Of a DNA stretch of 64,000 bases, positions 9,993 to 19,802 are shown piece after piece. How positions within the stretch are numbered: position 1 is the stretch's first letter; the number at the start of each line of letters is the position of its first letter. The notes beneath the pieces were generated by a model, which was not told the DNA's origin, searched no databases, and saw only the letters and a list, made by a program, of their open reading frames with translations. The translations under genes were made by a program, and so were the position numbers. This stretch comes from Gammaproteobacteria bacterium. GTDB lineage: Bacteria; Pseudomonadota; Gammaproteobacteria; Eutrophobiales; Eutrophobiaceae. Location: assembly GCA_965221695.1 (NCBI GenBank), contig OZ244905.1:2144001-2208000 (forward strand), in the 5' to 3' direction.

Positions 9993-10907
9993 CTACAGCC
10001 AATAAACAAATATAAACAGGCCCAGCCAGACCACATCGACGAAGTGCCAGTACCAGGCAACCGCCTCGAACGCAAAGTGGTTCTCCTTGGTGAAATGCCC
10101 TCGGATGGAACGCAGCAGGATAACCGTGAGCATGATCGCGCCCATGGTGACATGGAAGCCGTGAAAGCCGGTCAGCAGAAAAAACGTCGACCCGTAGATG
10201 CCGGAGTTCAGGGTCAGTCCCAGGTCCTGATAGGCGTGAATGTACTCGCCGGCCTGTAATATCACAAAGATGAACCCCAAGAACACGGTCGCAAACAACC
10301 ACCAGCAGAGTCCGGAGCGCTCGTTTTTCTTCAATGCCCAGTGCGCAAACGTTACGGTCACGCCGCTGGACAGCAGGATCAAGGTATTGATCGCGGGGAT
10401 GTCGAATGCGGGGATGACATCCTTGATTTCAGTGAATCTGCTGGTGAGTCCTTCCACGGTCATGTCTGGGGTCGCTAATAGCGGCCATACATTTTCAAAG
10501 GACGGCCACAGAAATTCGTTGGTGGCGGCGCCGGCCCCTTCTCCCCCCAACCAAGGAACGGAGTATACCCGGGCATAGAACAACGCGCCGAAAAACGCGG
10601 CAAAGAACATCACTTCCGAGAAAATGAACCAGCCCATGCCCCAGCGAAAACTGATGTCCACCTGCTTGTTATACACGCCGCTCAGGCTCTCATCAATCAC
10701 ATCCTTGAACCAGACGTAAAACATGTAGAACACCGCGACCAGGCCCAGCAGCAACAGGTGCGAACCAAACCCCGGCATCTCGCCAGTCGCGAGGTACTGG
10801 TTAAACATGAATGCGGTGCCGCAAAAAGCAAGAAACAGGGCCAGCGAAAACAATACCGGCCATTTACTGGGTTCAGGAATAAAATAGGTATCTTGCGGAT
10901 TTGACAT
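9993..10907 (-). CDS. coxC: Cytochrome c oxidase subunit III
   Basis: WFIFSEVMFF, TGFHGFHV, AWYWHFVDVVW. Confidence 0.97.
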   Translation of the reverse strand: MSNPQDTYFIPEPSKWPVLFSLALFLAFCGTAFMFNQYLATGEMPGFGSHLLLLGLVAVFYMFYVWFKDVIDESLSGVYNKQVDISFRWGMGWFIFSEVMFFAAFFGALFYARVYSVPWLGGEGAGAATNEFLWPSFENVWPLLATPDMTVEGLTSRFTEIKDVIPAFDIPAINTLILLSSGVTVTFAHWALKKNERSGLCWWLFATVFLGFIFVILQAGEYIHAYQDLGLTLNSGIYGSTFFLLTGFHGFHVTMGAIMLTVILLRSIRGHFTKENHFAFEAVAWYWHFVDVVWLGLFIFVYWL

Positions 10908-10939
10908 GTGTGTTCCTCGCGTTTCAGCGTTATTCGTTA

Positions 10940-11533
10940 TCAGGAGTTGGCTTCGTGCGCGCCTTGTGTGGATTGCGTGGTTTGCGCGGCTTGTTGCGCG
11001 CCGGGCGCAGCGCTGTCACTGTCCCCCACGTCAAAGAAAGTATAAGACAGGGTCAGCGATGAAAACCGTTCCGGTAAATCGGGATCGACGATAAACCTTA
11101 CCGGCATCGCTTTGCGTTCCCCCGGCGCCAGAACCTGTTCGGTGAAGCAGAAACAGTCCATTTTGCTGACGAAGATGCCGGCCTGTACCGGCGATACGCT
11201 GGGGATAGCGCGCCCGGTTACGGTGCGCTCGGATCGGTTCTCAACCATAAACACCGCCTCGGACAATTCCCCCGGGCGAACCTTTGTTTTGTGTTGCTCC
11301 GCCTTGAAAGTCCAGGGAATATCCCTGGTGTTGGTATCCAGTACCACGGTCACCAGGCGCTCGGCGTCAATCGCGCCCAGCCCGGCATCCGCCTCTGCCA
11401 CGCGTGCGCTGCCGCGCCCGGTAAGATCGCAATAGACCCGGTAAAGCGGCACCAGGGCATAACCAAACGCGAACATGCCGGCGGTTACGAGCAGCAGTTT
11501 GCTGACAGTCCTGTTGACGCTTTTGTCTGACAT
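10940..11533 (-). CDS. ctaG: Cytochrome c oxidase copper chaperone CtaG/Cox11
   Basis: FGYALVPLYRVYC, CFCF motif, LSYTFF. Confidence 0.95.
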   Translation of the reverse strand: MSDKSVNRTVSKLLLVTAGMFAFGYALVPLYRVYCDLTGRGSARVAEADAGLGAIDAERLVTVVLDTNTRDIPWTFKAEQHKTKVRPGELSEAVFMVENRSERTVTGRAIPSVSPVQAGIFVSKMDCFCFTEQVLAPGERKAMPVRFIVDPDLPERFSSLTLSYTFFDVGDSDSAAPGAQQAAQTTQSTQGAHEANS

Positions 11534-11537
11534 AAGC

Positions 11538-11669
11538 CTACAGATGGCTCAGGATGAACCCGAAATACACCGCCGCGGCGAGCAGCGCCAGGCCGATCGC
11601 AACGCGAATATTCGCTTTTCTGCGGCGGGCAAAAAACTCGCGGTCGTCACTGTCAGGCTCCTTGTTCAC
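11538..11669 (-). CDS. 43-aa cytochrome oxidase small membrane protein
   Basis: Below the ORF-track cutoff. GTG start; MNKEPDSDDREFFARRRKANIRVAIGLALLAAAVYFGFILSHL (basic patch plus one TM helix). Fills the coxA-ctaG gap. Confidence 0.7.
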   Translation of the reverse strand: MNKEPDSDDREFFARRRKANIRVAIGLALLAAAVYFGFILSHL

Positions 11670-11678
11670 CCTTGCACG

Positions 11679-13280
11679 CTATGAATGAGCAGTTGCTCCA
11701 TCCACCTTCGGCGGAATGGTGAATGAATGGAACGGCGGCGGCGACGGCAAGGTCCATTCCAGGCCGCGTGCGCCTTCCCACACCTGCTCGTCCGCTTTTT
11801 TGCCTTCGCGCACGCACTTAACGATGACCCACACGAACAATAGCTGGCTGAGGCCAAACGCAAAGCCACCGACGCTGGAAATCATGTTCCACTCGGTGAA
11901 CTGCACGCTGTAATCCGGGATCCGGCGCGGCATTCCCGCAAGGCCTAAGAAGTGCTGCGGGAAGAACAGCACATTGACCGAGATCACCGACAGCCAGAAA
12001 TGGAGTTGGCCCAGTTTCTCGTCATACATGTGGCCGGTCCACTTGGGCAGCCAGAAATACGCGCCGGCCATCAGCGCAAACAGCGCGCCGGTGACCAATA
12101 CGTAGTGGAAATGGGCGACGACAAAATAAGTATCATGGTACTGGAAGTCCGCCGGGGTTATCCCGAGCATCAGCCCGGAGAAACCGCCAATGGAAAACAG
12201 GAACACAAAGGCCAGCGCGAACAGCATCGGAGTTTCAAAGGTCATGGAGCCGCGCCACATGGTCGCGATCCAGTTGAAAACCTTAACGCCGGTCGGCACC
12301 GCGATGGACATGGTCGCATACATGAAAAACAGCTCGCCGGCCAGGGGCATGCCCACCGTGAACATATGGTGTGCCCAGACAAAAAACGACAGGAAGGCGA
12401 TGGCCGCGGTGGCGTAGACCATGGACTCGTATCCAAATAGCGGTTTGCGGGCAAATGTCGGGATGATCTGCGAAACAATGCCGAATGCCGGCAGGATCAG
12501 GATATACACCTCCGGATGGCCGAAGAACCAGAAGATATGCTGGAACATCACCGGGTCGCCGCCGCCGGCCGCAATGAAGAAGCTGGTGCCGAAATACTTG
12601 TCCGTCAGCAACATGGTCACCGCCCCGGCAAGCACCGGCATCGACGCAATGAGCAGGAATGCGGTAATGATCCAGGTCCAAACGAACAGCGGCAACTGCA
12701 TGAAACCCATACCCGGGGCGCGCATGTTGAATACGGTGGCGATAATGTTAATCGCCCCCATGATCGAAGACACCCCGAGAAAGTGCACGGTGAAAATTAG
12801 GAACGGAAACCCGTCTCCAAGCTGGGTGACCAGGGGCGGATACATGGTCCAGCCGCCTGACGGCGCGCCGCCTTCCATGAAGAAGGTCGCCAGCAACATC
12901 GTAAACGCAAACGGTAGAATCCAGAAACTCATGTTGTTCATGCGCGGCAACGCCATGTCCGGAGCGCCAATCATCATCGGGATCATCCAGTTTGCCAGCC
13001 CCACCCCGGCAGGCATGATCACGCCGAATATCATGACCAATGCGTGCATCGTGGTCATCGCATTGAAAAACTGCGGGTCGACAAACTGCATGCCCGGCTG
13101 GAACAGTTCGGCGCGAATCACCATGGCCATGGCGCCGCCTATGAAGAACATGATCAGCGAGAATACCAGGTACATGGTACCGATATCCTTATGGTTGGTG
13201 GAAAAAAGCCAGCGACCCAGCCCGGTCGGTTTGTGGTCGTGATCGTCGTGATGGTGTTCGTGTGTAGCAGCGTTGCTCAT
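11679..13280 (-). CDS. coxA: Cytochrome c oxidase subunit I (A1 type)
   Basis: STNHKDIG, WFFGHPEVY, VWAHH, VAHFHYV, GMPRRI. Confidence 0.98.
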   Translation of the reverse strand: MSNAATHEHHHDDHDHKPTGLGRWLFSTNHKDIGTMYLVFSLIMFFIGGAMAMVIRAELFQPGMQFVDPQFFNAMTTMHALVMIFGVIMPAGVGLANWMIPMMIGAPDMALPRMNNMSFWILPFAFTMLLATFFMEGGAPSGGWTMYPPLVTQLGDGFPFLIFTVHFLGVSSIMGAINIIATVFNMRAPGMGFMQLPLFVWTWIITAFLLIASMPVLAGAVTMLLTDKYFGTSFFIAAGGGDPVMFQHIFWFFGHPEVYILILPAFGIVSQIIPTFARKPLFGYESMVYATAAIAFLSFFVWAHHMFTVGMPLAGELFFMYATMSIAVPTGVKVFNWIATMWRGSMTFETPMLFALAFVFLFSIGGFSGLMLGITPADFQYHDTYFVVAHFHYVLVTGALFALMAGAYFWLPKWTGHMYDEKLGQLHFWLSVISVNVLFFPQHFLGLAGMPRRIPDYSVQFTEWNMISSVGGFAFGLSQLLFVWVIVKCVREGKKADEQVWEGARGLEWTLPSPPPFHSFTIPPKVDGATAHS

Positions 13281-13321
13281 GCTGTAATCCTCGTAATAGC
13301 TGTTCTTGTTATTGCCGCGCT

Positions 13322-14461
13322 TCAGCGCATGCCGGCAATCGTGGACGGCTGGACGATGTCACCTGTTTCATTGCCCCAGGAGTTGCGCTCATAGGTGACT
13401 ACCGCGGCAATGTCCACATCATTCAATTGCATGCCGAACGGCGCCATGGCCGTGCCGGCCACGCCGTTCATTACGGTATCGATATGACCTTCCACCGGGC
13501 CGGTCGTAACCGGGCTGCCGACCAGGGGTTTGAAGGCGCCGGGGATACCCATGCCGTTGACCTGGTGGCAGGCAACGCAGAACGTGCCGTACACCTGCTC
13601 GCCTTGTTCCATCAGTTCCTCCATGCTCCATTCCCGATCAGCGCCGACATCTGCGTCCAGGGCCGCCACCATCATGTCTCCGGCCCATTCGTAGTACTCA
13701 TCCTCGCTGACGGCTTTCAGCACAATCGGCATAAACGCGTGGTCGCGCCCGCACAATTCCGCGCACTGGCCGCGGTACGTTCCCTCTTCCTCGATGACGG
13801 CCCAGGACTCGTTGATGAACCCGGGTATGGAATCCCGCTTCCAGCCTAAGGCCGGCACCCACCAGGAGTGGATCACATCGGCGGCGGTGGTCATGAAGCG
13901 GATCTTGGTGTTCACCGGCACGACTACCGGGTTGTCCACTTCCAGCAGATAATTATCTATCTCGTTGGGATCGACTCCCGATTTGAGCTGCCTGGCCGCA
14001 TTGCTCTCCGGCGCAAGAGAACTAAAAAACCCGAAGTCTTCTTCAATATACTCATAGTGCCAGCGCCATTGGTAGCCTGTTATCTTGATGGTCAGGTCGG
14101 AATCACCGGTCGATTCAATAAGTATCAGCGACTTGGTCGCGGGAATAGCCATTAGGATGAGAATCAGCATCGGGATGGCGGTCCAGATAATCTCCACCGT
14201 GGTATTGTGGTGGAACTGGGCCGCTTTGGCGCCACGGGACTTCCTGTGGTGAAAGATGGACCAGAACATGACTCCGAAAACCACCACCGCGATCACACAG
14301 CAGATATAGAAGATCAACATGTGCAGGTCGTAAATATTGCGGCTCAGAGGGGTGACGCCTTCCGGCATGTTCAACGCATACTCCGCCCAGGCCGGCTGCA
14401 ACGCCAACACCAGCAGGGAAATCAACACGCCCCAAAAAGTTTTCATGTGTCCAGCAGACAT
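13322..14461 (-). CDS. coxB: Cytochrome c oxidase subunit II with C-terminal cytochrome c domain
   Basis: DVIHSW; CuA motif CAELCGRDHAFM; C-terminal CVACH heme-c site. Confidence 0.97.
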   Translation of the reverse strand: MSAGHMKTFWGVLISLLVLALQPAWAEYALNMPEGVTPLSRNIYDLHMLIFYICCVIAVVVFGVMFWSIFHHRKSRGAKAAQFHHNTTVEIIWTAIPMLILILMAIPATKSLILIESTGDSDLTIKITGYQWRWHYEYIEEDFGFFSSLAPESNAARQLKSGVDPNEIDNYLLEVDNPVVVPVNTKIRFMTTAADVIHSWWVPALGWKRDSIPGFINESWAVIEEEGTYRGQCAELCGRDHAFMPIVLKAVSEDEYYEWAGDMMVAALDADVGADREWSMEELMEQGEQVYGTFCVACHQVNGMGIPGAFKPLVGSPVTTGPVEGHIDTVMNGVAGTAMAPFGMQLNDVDIAAVVTYERNSWGNETGDIVQPSTIAGMR

Positions 14462-14509
14462 ACCGTGTTCCTCAGCATCATTGTTGTTATCGTCTGTTAC
14501 TCCACGTCA

Positions 14510-14998
14510 TCAGGCATAGTGATGTATTGCGGATCGTAAAATTTGTGCCAGCCCGCGGCGTTCCTGTTCATTCAGGAAACGGCCTACTTCCAATTCCCTG
14601 CCATGGGAACACAACAGCAGCTTGCTCGGGTGCCAAGCCACCCAAGGCTGCCGCAGCACGACTTTCGTCCAGTATCGTTGAAAGTCATGGCGTTGCTCCG
14701 GCTTGCTCCTGCCCGTTTCCACGCAGACACGGTCATCGGTAATCGTGATAACCTCCCGCGCGCCACCACGCCAGGCGCTGATATACAGCGCAATACCCAA
14801 GGCCAGGACCTCCAGCCCGGAAAACGGCAACACCAGCACGAAGCCCTGTATCCAGAAATAAGAGCCGACCGCCAGGGTAACCCCGGCGATACCGCCAAAT
14901 ACCAGCAGCAGCGCCTTCCACGTCATGGAACGATTGGGGGCAACCACAAAAGTCCTGTTACCCTCGCACGCAGCTTGCAGTTCGTGAATCATCCACAC
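14510..14998 (-). CDS. DUF2244 family membrane protein
   Basis: PNRSM, two TM helices, LPFSGLE, HGRELEVGRFLNEQER; first gene of the cox cluster. Confidence 0.85.
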   Translation of the reverse strand: MWMIHELQAACEGNRTFVVAPNRSMTWKALLLVFGGIAGVTLAVGSYFWIQGFVLVLPFSGLEVLALGIALYISAWRGGAREVITITDDRVCVETGRSKPEQRHDFQRYWTKVVLRQPWVAWHPSKLLLCSHGRELEVGRFLNEQERRGLAQILRSAIHHYA

Positions 14999-15004
14999 AC
15001 AGCA

Positions 15005-15030
15005 GTTAATGTCAAGCGTCCAACATTAAC
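15005..15030. promoter_or_regulatory. Palindrome upstream of the cox cluster (candidate operator)
   Basis: GTTAATGT-N10-ACATTAAC, a perfect 8-bp inverted repeat overlapping a minus-strand TTGACA. Regulator unknown. Confidence 0.4.
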
Positions 15031-15102
15031 ACAGTAACCATTTCCCGGCAAACTTCCGTCGAATTGTCGGGAATTTCTCCCGGGCCATCACCCACAGCGC
15101 CA

Positions 15103-16113
15103 TCAGTCATAGCGCAGCGCCGTTGCCTTGCCGCTGAACACGAAATAGCTTAGCGCGGTATAACAAACCAGGACGGGTAACACGATCGCGGCGCCGACCA
15201 GGATGATTAGCAGCGCGGCCGGCGCCGCCGCGGCTTCGGTTATCGTTAATTGTCCGGGCACAATGTAAGGGAAAAAACTGTACGACAGCCCGACAAAACT
15301 GAACAGGAAAATACCCGCCGTCAACGCCAGCGGCAACCAGCAATAGCGGTCGCGGGGAAACGGCATGTGCCGCAAGACCAGGAACAGAGCGGCAACCAGG
15401 ATCCCTGTCGTCACGGGAATCGGCAGCAGCGCCAGCATTGCCGGAAAACTGAACCATTTCTCGAAGATGCGCTCACTGATCAACGGTGTCACCACGGATA
15501 CCGCGACCAGCCCCACCACCGAATTGACCAGGTGGTATCTTGCCCACTTCACGGCTTTCTCCTGCAAACCGCCCTCACATTTCATGATCAGCCAGCAGGC
15601 GCCGATAAGACAATACGCGGACGCGACGGCGACTGCGATCAGGCAGGAAAACATGATACCCGCCCAACTCCGGTCAAACCCGATGACATAAAATCCCAGC
15701 ATATAGCCTTGCGCCAGCGCAGCCAGCAGGGAACCGTAAAAGAAGCGGTTGTTCCAGCGCCATTTCTGCTGATAGGGCGCCTTTGACCTGAAATCAAACG
15801 CAACGCCGCGGAAGATCAGCCCGAACAACATGACCGCGACCGGCAGGTACAGTTCCGCGAGAATCACGCCATGGGCCTTGGGGAATGCCACCAGCAACAG
15901 CCCGACGCCGAGGATAAGCCAGGTTTCATTGGCGTCCCAAAACGGTCCTATGGATGCGATCATCCGATCTTTTTCATGCCCGTGGGCATTATCGATGAGC
16001 ATGCCCACGCCCAGGTCATAACCGTCCAGCGTGGTATACACCAGCACGGACAGCCCCATGAGAAAGGCAAACACATAAGGGAGCCAGCTCCCGTCGGCGA
16101 TGATCTGCTGCAT
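15103..16113 (-). CDS. cydB: Cytochrome bd-type quinol oxidase subunit II
   Basis: LDGYDLGVG, IGPFWDANETW, RGVAFDFR. Confidence 0.95.
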   Translation of the reverse strand: MQQIIADGSWLPYVFAFLMGLSVLVYTTLDGYDLGVGMLIDNAHGHEKDRMIASIGPFWDANETWLILGVGLLLVAFPKAHGVILAELYLPVAVMLFGLIFRGVAFDFRSKAPYQQKWRWNNRFFYGSLLAALAQGYMLGFYVIGFDRSWAGIMFSCLIAVAVASAYCLIGACWLIMKCEGGLQEKAVKWARYHLVNSVVGLVAVSVVTPLISERIFEKWFSFPAMLALLPIPVTTGILVAALFLVLRHMPFPRDRYCWLPLALTAGIFLFSFVGLSYSFFPYIVPGQLTITEAAAAPAALLIILVGAAIVLPVLVCYTALSYFVFSGKATALRYD

Positions 16114-16167
16114 TAGCGGTCCTCCGTCACCGTCTTGCCCGCAGCATGTCAGCCAGGCGCGCGGTCA

Positions 16168-17535
16168 TTACGGCGCCGGCGCCACGGCCATTCGTTCCTC
16201 GCCCACCATCGCCTGTTTTTCCGGATCGCGCCCCCCGCCTTGACCGGCTGCGCCGGCCATGTAAAACAGCGTGGAAATGAACGCAACCGTGAGAAAAACA
16301 TAAATCCCCAGGTAGACGATCAGTGTCGATAACACCTTGCCACCAGCCACCGGCCCCAACGCATCGCGCACGGTCAGCACACCGTACACCAGCCAGGGTT
16401 GCCGACCGATTTCCGTCACGTACCAGCCGGCTATTGTCGCGATACAGCCGATGAACGTCATGCCCACCAACGCCCGCAAGCAGTATACCGGCAGTTTCCT
16501 GTTGCGCAGAAGCAGGACACTGCTGAGCCATGAGGTAGCCAGCATCAGCAGCCCTATGCCCACCATCAGCCGGAATGCGAAAAATACCGGCGCGACCGGC
16601 GGGTGCAGGTCAAAGTCGTTCAAGCCCTTGATCTCACCATCGAGCTTGTGTGTCACAACCAGGCTGGCAAGGTAGGGTATTTCCAGTGCGAAGCGGTTGG
16701 CGCGCCGGGTTTCATCGGGCAACCCCAACAGCACCAGCGGCGCGCCCCGGCGGGTCTCCCAGGCCCCCTCCATCGCAGCCAGCTTGGCGGGCTGGTATTG
16801 CTTGGTATTCAAACCATGTTCGTGCCCGACAAAAATCTGTAGCGGAATCAGGACCGCAGCCAGGTAGACGCCGGTCTTCAGCGTTTTCATCACCGCCGCG
16901 GCGTGACCGCGGCGCAGGAGTCTGTATGCAGACAGCCCAGCGATCAGAAACGCGGCCGTCAACCCGGACGCAAGCAACATGTGTATCAGCCGGTAAGGCA
17001 TGGATGGGTTGAAGATGACCTGCATCCAGCTTGTCACATGCGCCTGCCCGCCGATCATTTCAAAACCCGCCGGGGTATGCATCCAACTGTTCAGGACCAG
17101 TATCCAGAATGCGGAGGCGGTGGTGCCCACCGCAACCAGGATCGTCGCCAGCGTATGCAACCAGTTCGGAACCCGACTGAAACCGAACAGCATGATGCCC
17201 AGGAACGTGGCCTCCAGGAAAAATGCGGTCAGTACTTCGTAAGCCAGTAACGGGCCGGCGATATTGCCCACTGTGAGCATGAATCCCGGCCAGTTCGTGC
17301 CGAACTGAAAGGACATCGTTACACCACTGACCACACCAATGGCAAAACTCAACGCAAACACTTTGGTGAAAAAGAAATAGGCCTGCATCCATGCCTGGTC
17401 CCCTGTCATGTTGTAACGAACCTTGAAAAACAATACGATCCATCCCAAGGCTATGGTTATCGATGGGAACATGATATGGAAGGTAATGTTCGCGGCAAAC
17501 TGTATGCGCGATAACAGAAACGGGTCCAGTTCCAT
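16168..17535 (-). CDS. cydA: Cytochrome bd-type quinol oxidase subunit I (short Q-loop, CIO-like)
   Basis: SRIQFA..FH, FQFGTNW, QPAKLAAMEG, GWYVTEIGRQPW; only 455 aa. Confidence 0.95.
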   Translation of the reverse strand: MELDPFLLSRIQFAANITFHIMFPSITIALGWIVLFFKVRYNMTGDQAWMQAYFFFTKVFALSFAIGVVSGVTMSFQFGTNWPGFMLTVGNIAGPLLAYEVLTAFFLEATFLGIMLFGFSRVPNWLHTLATILVAVGTTASAFWILVLNSWMHTPAGFEMIGGQAHVTSWMQVIFNPSMPYRLIHMLLASGLTAAFLIAGLSAYRLLRRGHAAAVMKTLKTGVYLAAVLIPLQIFVGHEHGLNTKQYQPAKLAAMEGAWETRRGAPLVLLGLPDETRRANRFALEIPYLASLVVTHKLDGEIKGLNDFDLHPPVAPVFFAFRLMVGIGLLMLATSWLSSVLLLRNRKLPVYCLRALVGMTFIGCIATIAGWYVTEIGRQPWLVYGVLTVRDALGPVAGGKVLSTLIVYLGIYVFLTVAFISTLFYMAGAAGQGGGRDPEKQAMVGEERMAVAPAP

Positions 17536-17616
17536 GAAGCTATGGTGTTCTCAAAGGCAAGCTTTTCAGAGGCAAGCGGATAAATCGGGACCAGTATAAT
17601 CCACCATTAATGAGTA

Positions 17617-18123
17617 TTGCAAATGAAGATCAGAGACAGCGCCAATTTCAACACAAAGCCGAAACCGGTCACGTTTTCTCCCGATGAAACCGTGCGCGCC
17701 GCGCTGGATGTGATGTGCGAGAAAAACATCGGCTCCGTCATCGCCACCAATGAGGACGGCTCGATAGCTGGTATCGTCACCGAGCGCGACATGATGATTC
17801 GCGTCCTCGGAAACAATCTGAATCCCGACGAGACAAAACTGGCAGCGATTATGAACAGCGGGGTACGCGCCGCGAACGAGGACGATGACCTGGTTGATTG
17901 GTTGCGAACCATGTCGAACGAGCGGTTTCGCCACCTGCCGGTCGTGGACGACCAAGGCCGGCTCGTCAACATGATCTCCCAGGGCGACCTGGTCGCGCAT
18001 ACCTGGCCCGACCTGCATGACAAGATCAGACAGGACCTGAAAGACCGCTTGGGGCGGGGTTTGCAGATTCTGTTGGCGCTGCTGACCGTGGTGACGCTGG
18101 GCCTGATCGCGTTCAACCTGTAA
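17617..18123 (+). CDS. CBS-domain protein with C-terminal TM helix
   Basis: GIVTERD, RFRHLPVVD..G.LVNMISQGD; hydrophobic C-terminus. Confidence 0.88.
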   Translation: MQMKIRDSANFNTKPKPVTFSPDETVRAALDVMCEKNIGSVIATNEDGSIAGIVTERDMMIRVLGNNLNPDETKLAAIMNSGVRAANEDDDLVDWLRTMSNERFRHLPVVDDQGRLVNMISQGDLVAHTWPDLHDKIRQDLKDRLGRGLQILLALLTVVTLGLIAFNL

Positions 18124-18216
18124 CGGGCTGCGCGTTAACCTGCGCGCCGGCCCGCATTCCATTGACCCTGTCTGCTTCGGAGCGGGCCGGCGCCGGCCGG
18201 GGCGGCGCGATGACCA

Positions 18217-18888
18217 TTACCAGGGAATGTGATCCAGCCCGGCGCCTATGGCCTGCGCGTCCAGTTTGTCCAGGTAGGGAATGCAGCCCCACAACGGCGC
18301 CGGTAGGTGTGTACACAGGTAATTCAACGTCGCCTGTTTCTCCGCATAATCCGTACACAGGCTGTTTGCGATCCAGCCGGCAAAAGCCAGCCCGGATGCC
18401 TGTATCGCTTCGGCGCTCAACAGCGCGTGGTTGATACAACCCAGGCGCAGACCGACGACCAGTACGACGGACAGATCCAGCCGCCGCACCAGGTCCTCGG
18501 TCTGGATACCGTCCGCCAGCGGCACGCGCCAGCCGCCGACACCTTCGACGATGATTTTGTCGGCGCCATTGGTCAGGGAAGAATAGGCCGAAGCCAGTGT
18601 TTCCAGTTCAACCTCGACACCCGCGTTGCGGGCGGCAATGTGCGGCGCAATCGGTTCCGCAAACGCGTAAGGATTCACCAGCCGGTAGGACACCCGCCGG
18701 CTGCACCGGTCCCGGATCTGCACGGCATCGTCATTCCGCAACTGCCCGCGCTGCCGGCTGCTGCCGCTCGCCACCGGCTTCATGCCATTGACCACCTTGC
18801 CCTGTGCCTGGCCGGCCGCCATCAATCCCAGCGTCGCCCAGGTTTTACCCACGCCGGTATCCGTACCGGTAATGAACAGGTTACCCAT
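18217..18888 (-). CDS. bioD: Dethiobiotin synthase
   Basis: FITGTDTGVGKT, KPVASG, VEGVGG, LGCINHA. Confidence 0.97.
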   Translation of the reverse strand: MGNLFITGTDTGVGKTWATLGLMAAGQAQGKVVNGMKPVASGSSRQRGQLRNDDAVQIRDRCSRRVSYRLVNPYAFAEPIAPHIAARNAGVEVELETLASAYSSLTNGADKIIVEGVGGWRVPLADGIQTEDLVRRLDLSVVLVVGLRLGCINHALLSAEAIQASGLAFAGWIANSLCTDYAEKQATLNYLCTHLPAPLWGCIPYLDKLDAQAIGAGLDHIPW

Positions 18889-18908
18889 GCCGGCCGCCGG
18901 TCTTCCCG

Positions 18909-19802
18909 TTAGCTCGGATCCAGCTTGCCCGTGCCGGGGCGCGCCCGAAACGCGACGGGAAAGACGCCGGGTTCCAACTCCTCGCGGCGTTCTTGTTTTA
19001 TCTCCGGCACCCAGGCATGGCCATACACGGCCTCAAACGTTGCAGGCAACCCGTCATTGCCGTAGCGGCACTGGTAGGCGGCCAGCATAGCCTGAAGATT
19101 CTGCTTGCCTGTCAGTGATTTGCGCCGGCCTGCATTGACGTTGCCGGCGCCCAGGGCCTTCAGTTCGCGCAGTAGGGCGCGGCCATCGTCATAGACCAGG
19201 GTAAACGTCTCCGTCTCCATCACCGGGTCAACAAACCCGGCCCGCACCAGCGCATCGCCCACATCATGCATATCCGTAAATGCGTTGACATGAACATGGT
19301 CATCCACCCCGGACCAGCTCTCCCGCAGTTCCGCCAGGGAATCCGGGCCGAAGGTGGAAAACAGCAACAGGCCGCCGGGGCGCAGCGTGCGAAAGGTTTC
19401 CTCCAGCGCCCGGTCCAGCCGGGCGACCCACTGGAACATCAGGTTGGAAAAAGCAAACTCCACGGTCTCATCAGCTATGGGCAACTGTTCCGCGTCCGCA
19501 CAAATGCGCGCGCCGGCAACATCCGTGTTCGTGCTTGACTGTTTCAGCATGTTGAACGACAGGTCCAGTTCAACCACCCGGGCAGCAACGTAGCGTTGCG
19601 CCAGTTGCGCTGACAAGCGTCCGGTTCCCGAACCCAGGTCGAGTATTTGCGCCGGCTCAAGCCGGATTGCGTGCAGCCGATCCAGCAGGCGCTCCCCAAT
19701 GGTTTGCTGCAATACGGCAACCTGGTCATAGCCACCGGCTGCGCGATTGAAATTGCGCCGAATGCCCGTCTTGTCCCGCTGGTACGGATCAGTTATTGCC
19801 AT
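18909..19802 (-). CDS. bioC: Malonyl-ACP O-methyltransferase
   Basis: SAM motif LDLGSGTG, FSNLMFQW, HVNAFTDMHDVGD; bio operon context. Confidence 0.94.
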   Translation of the reverse strand: MAITDPYQRDKTGIRRNFNRAAGGYDQVAVLQQTIGERLLDRLHAIRLEPAQILDLGSGTGRLSAQLAQRYVAARVVELDLSFNMLKQSSTNTDVAGARICADAEQLPIADETVEFAFSNLMFQWVARLDRALEETFRTLRPGGLLLFSTFGPDSLAELRESWSGVDDHVHVNAFTDMHDVGDALVRAGFVDPVMETETFTLVYDDGRALLRELKALGAGNVNAGRRKSLTGKQNLQAMLAAYQCRYGNDGLPATFEAVYGHAWVPEIKQERREELEPGVFPVAFRARPGTGKLDPS

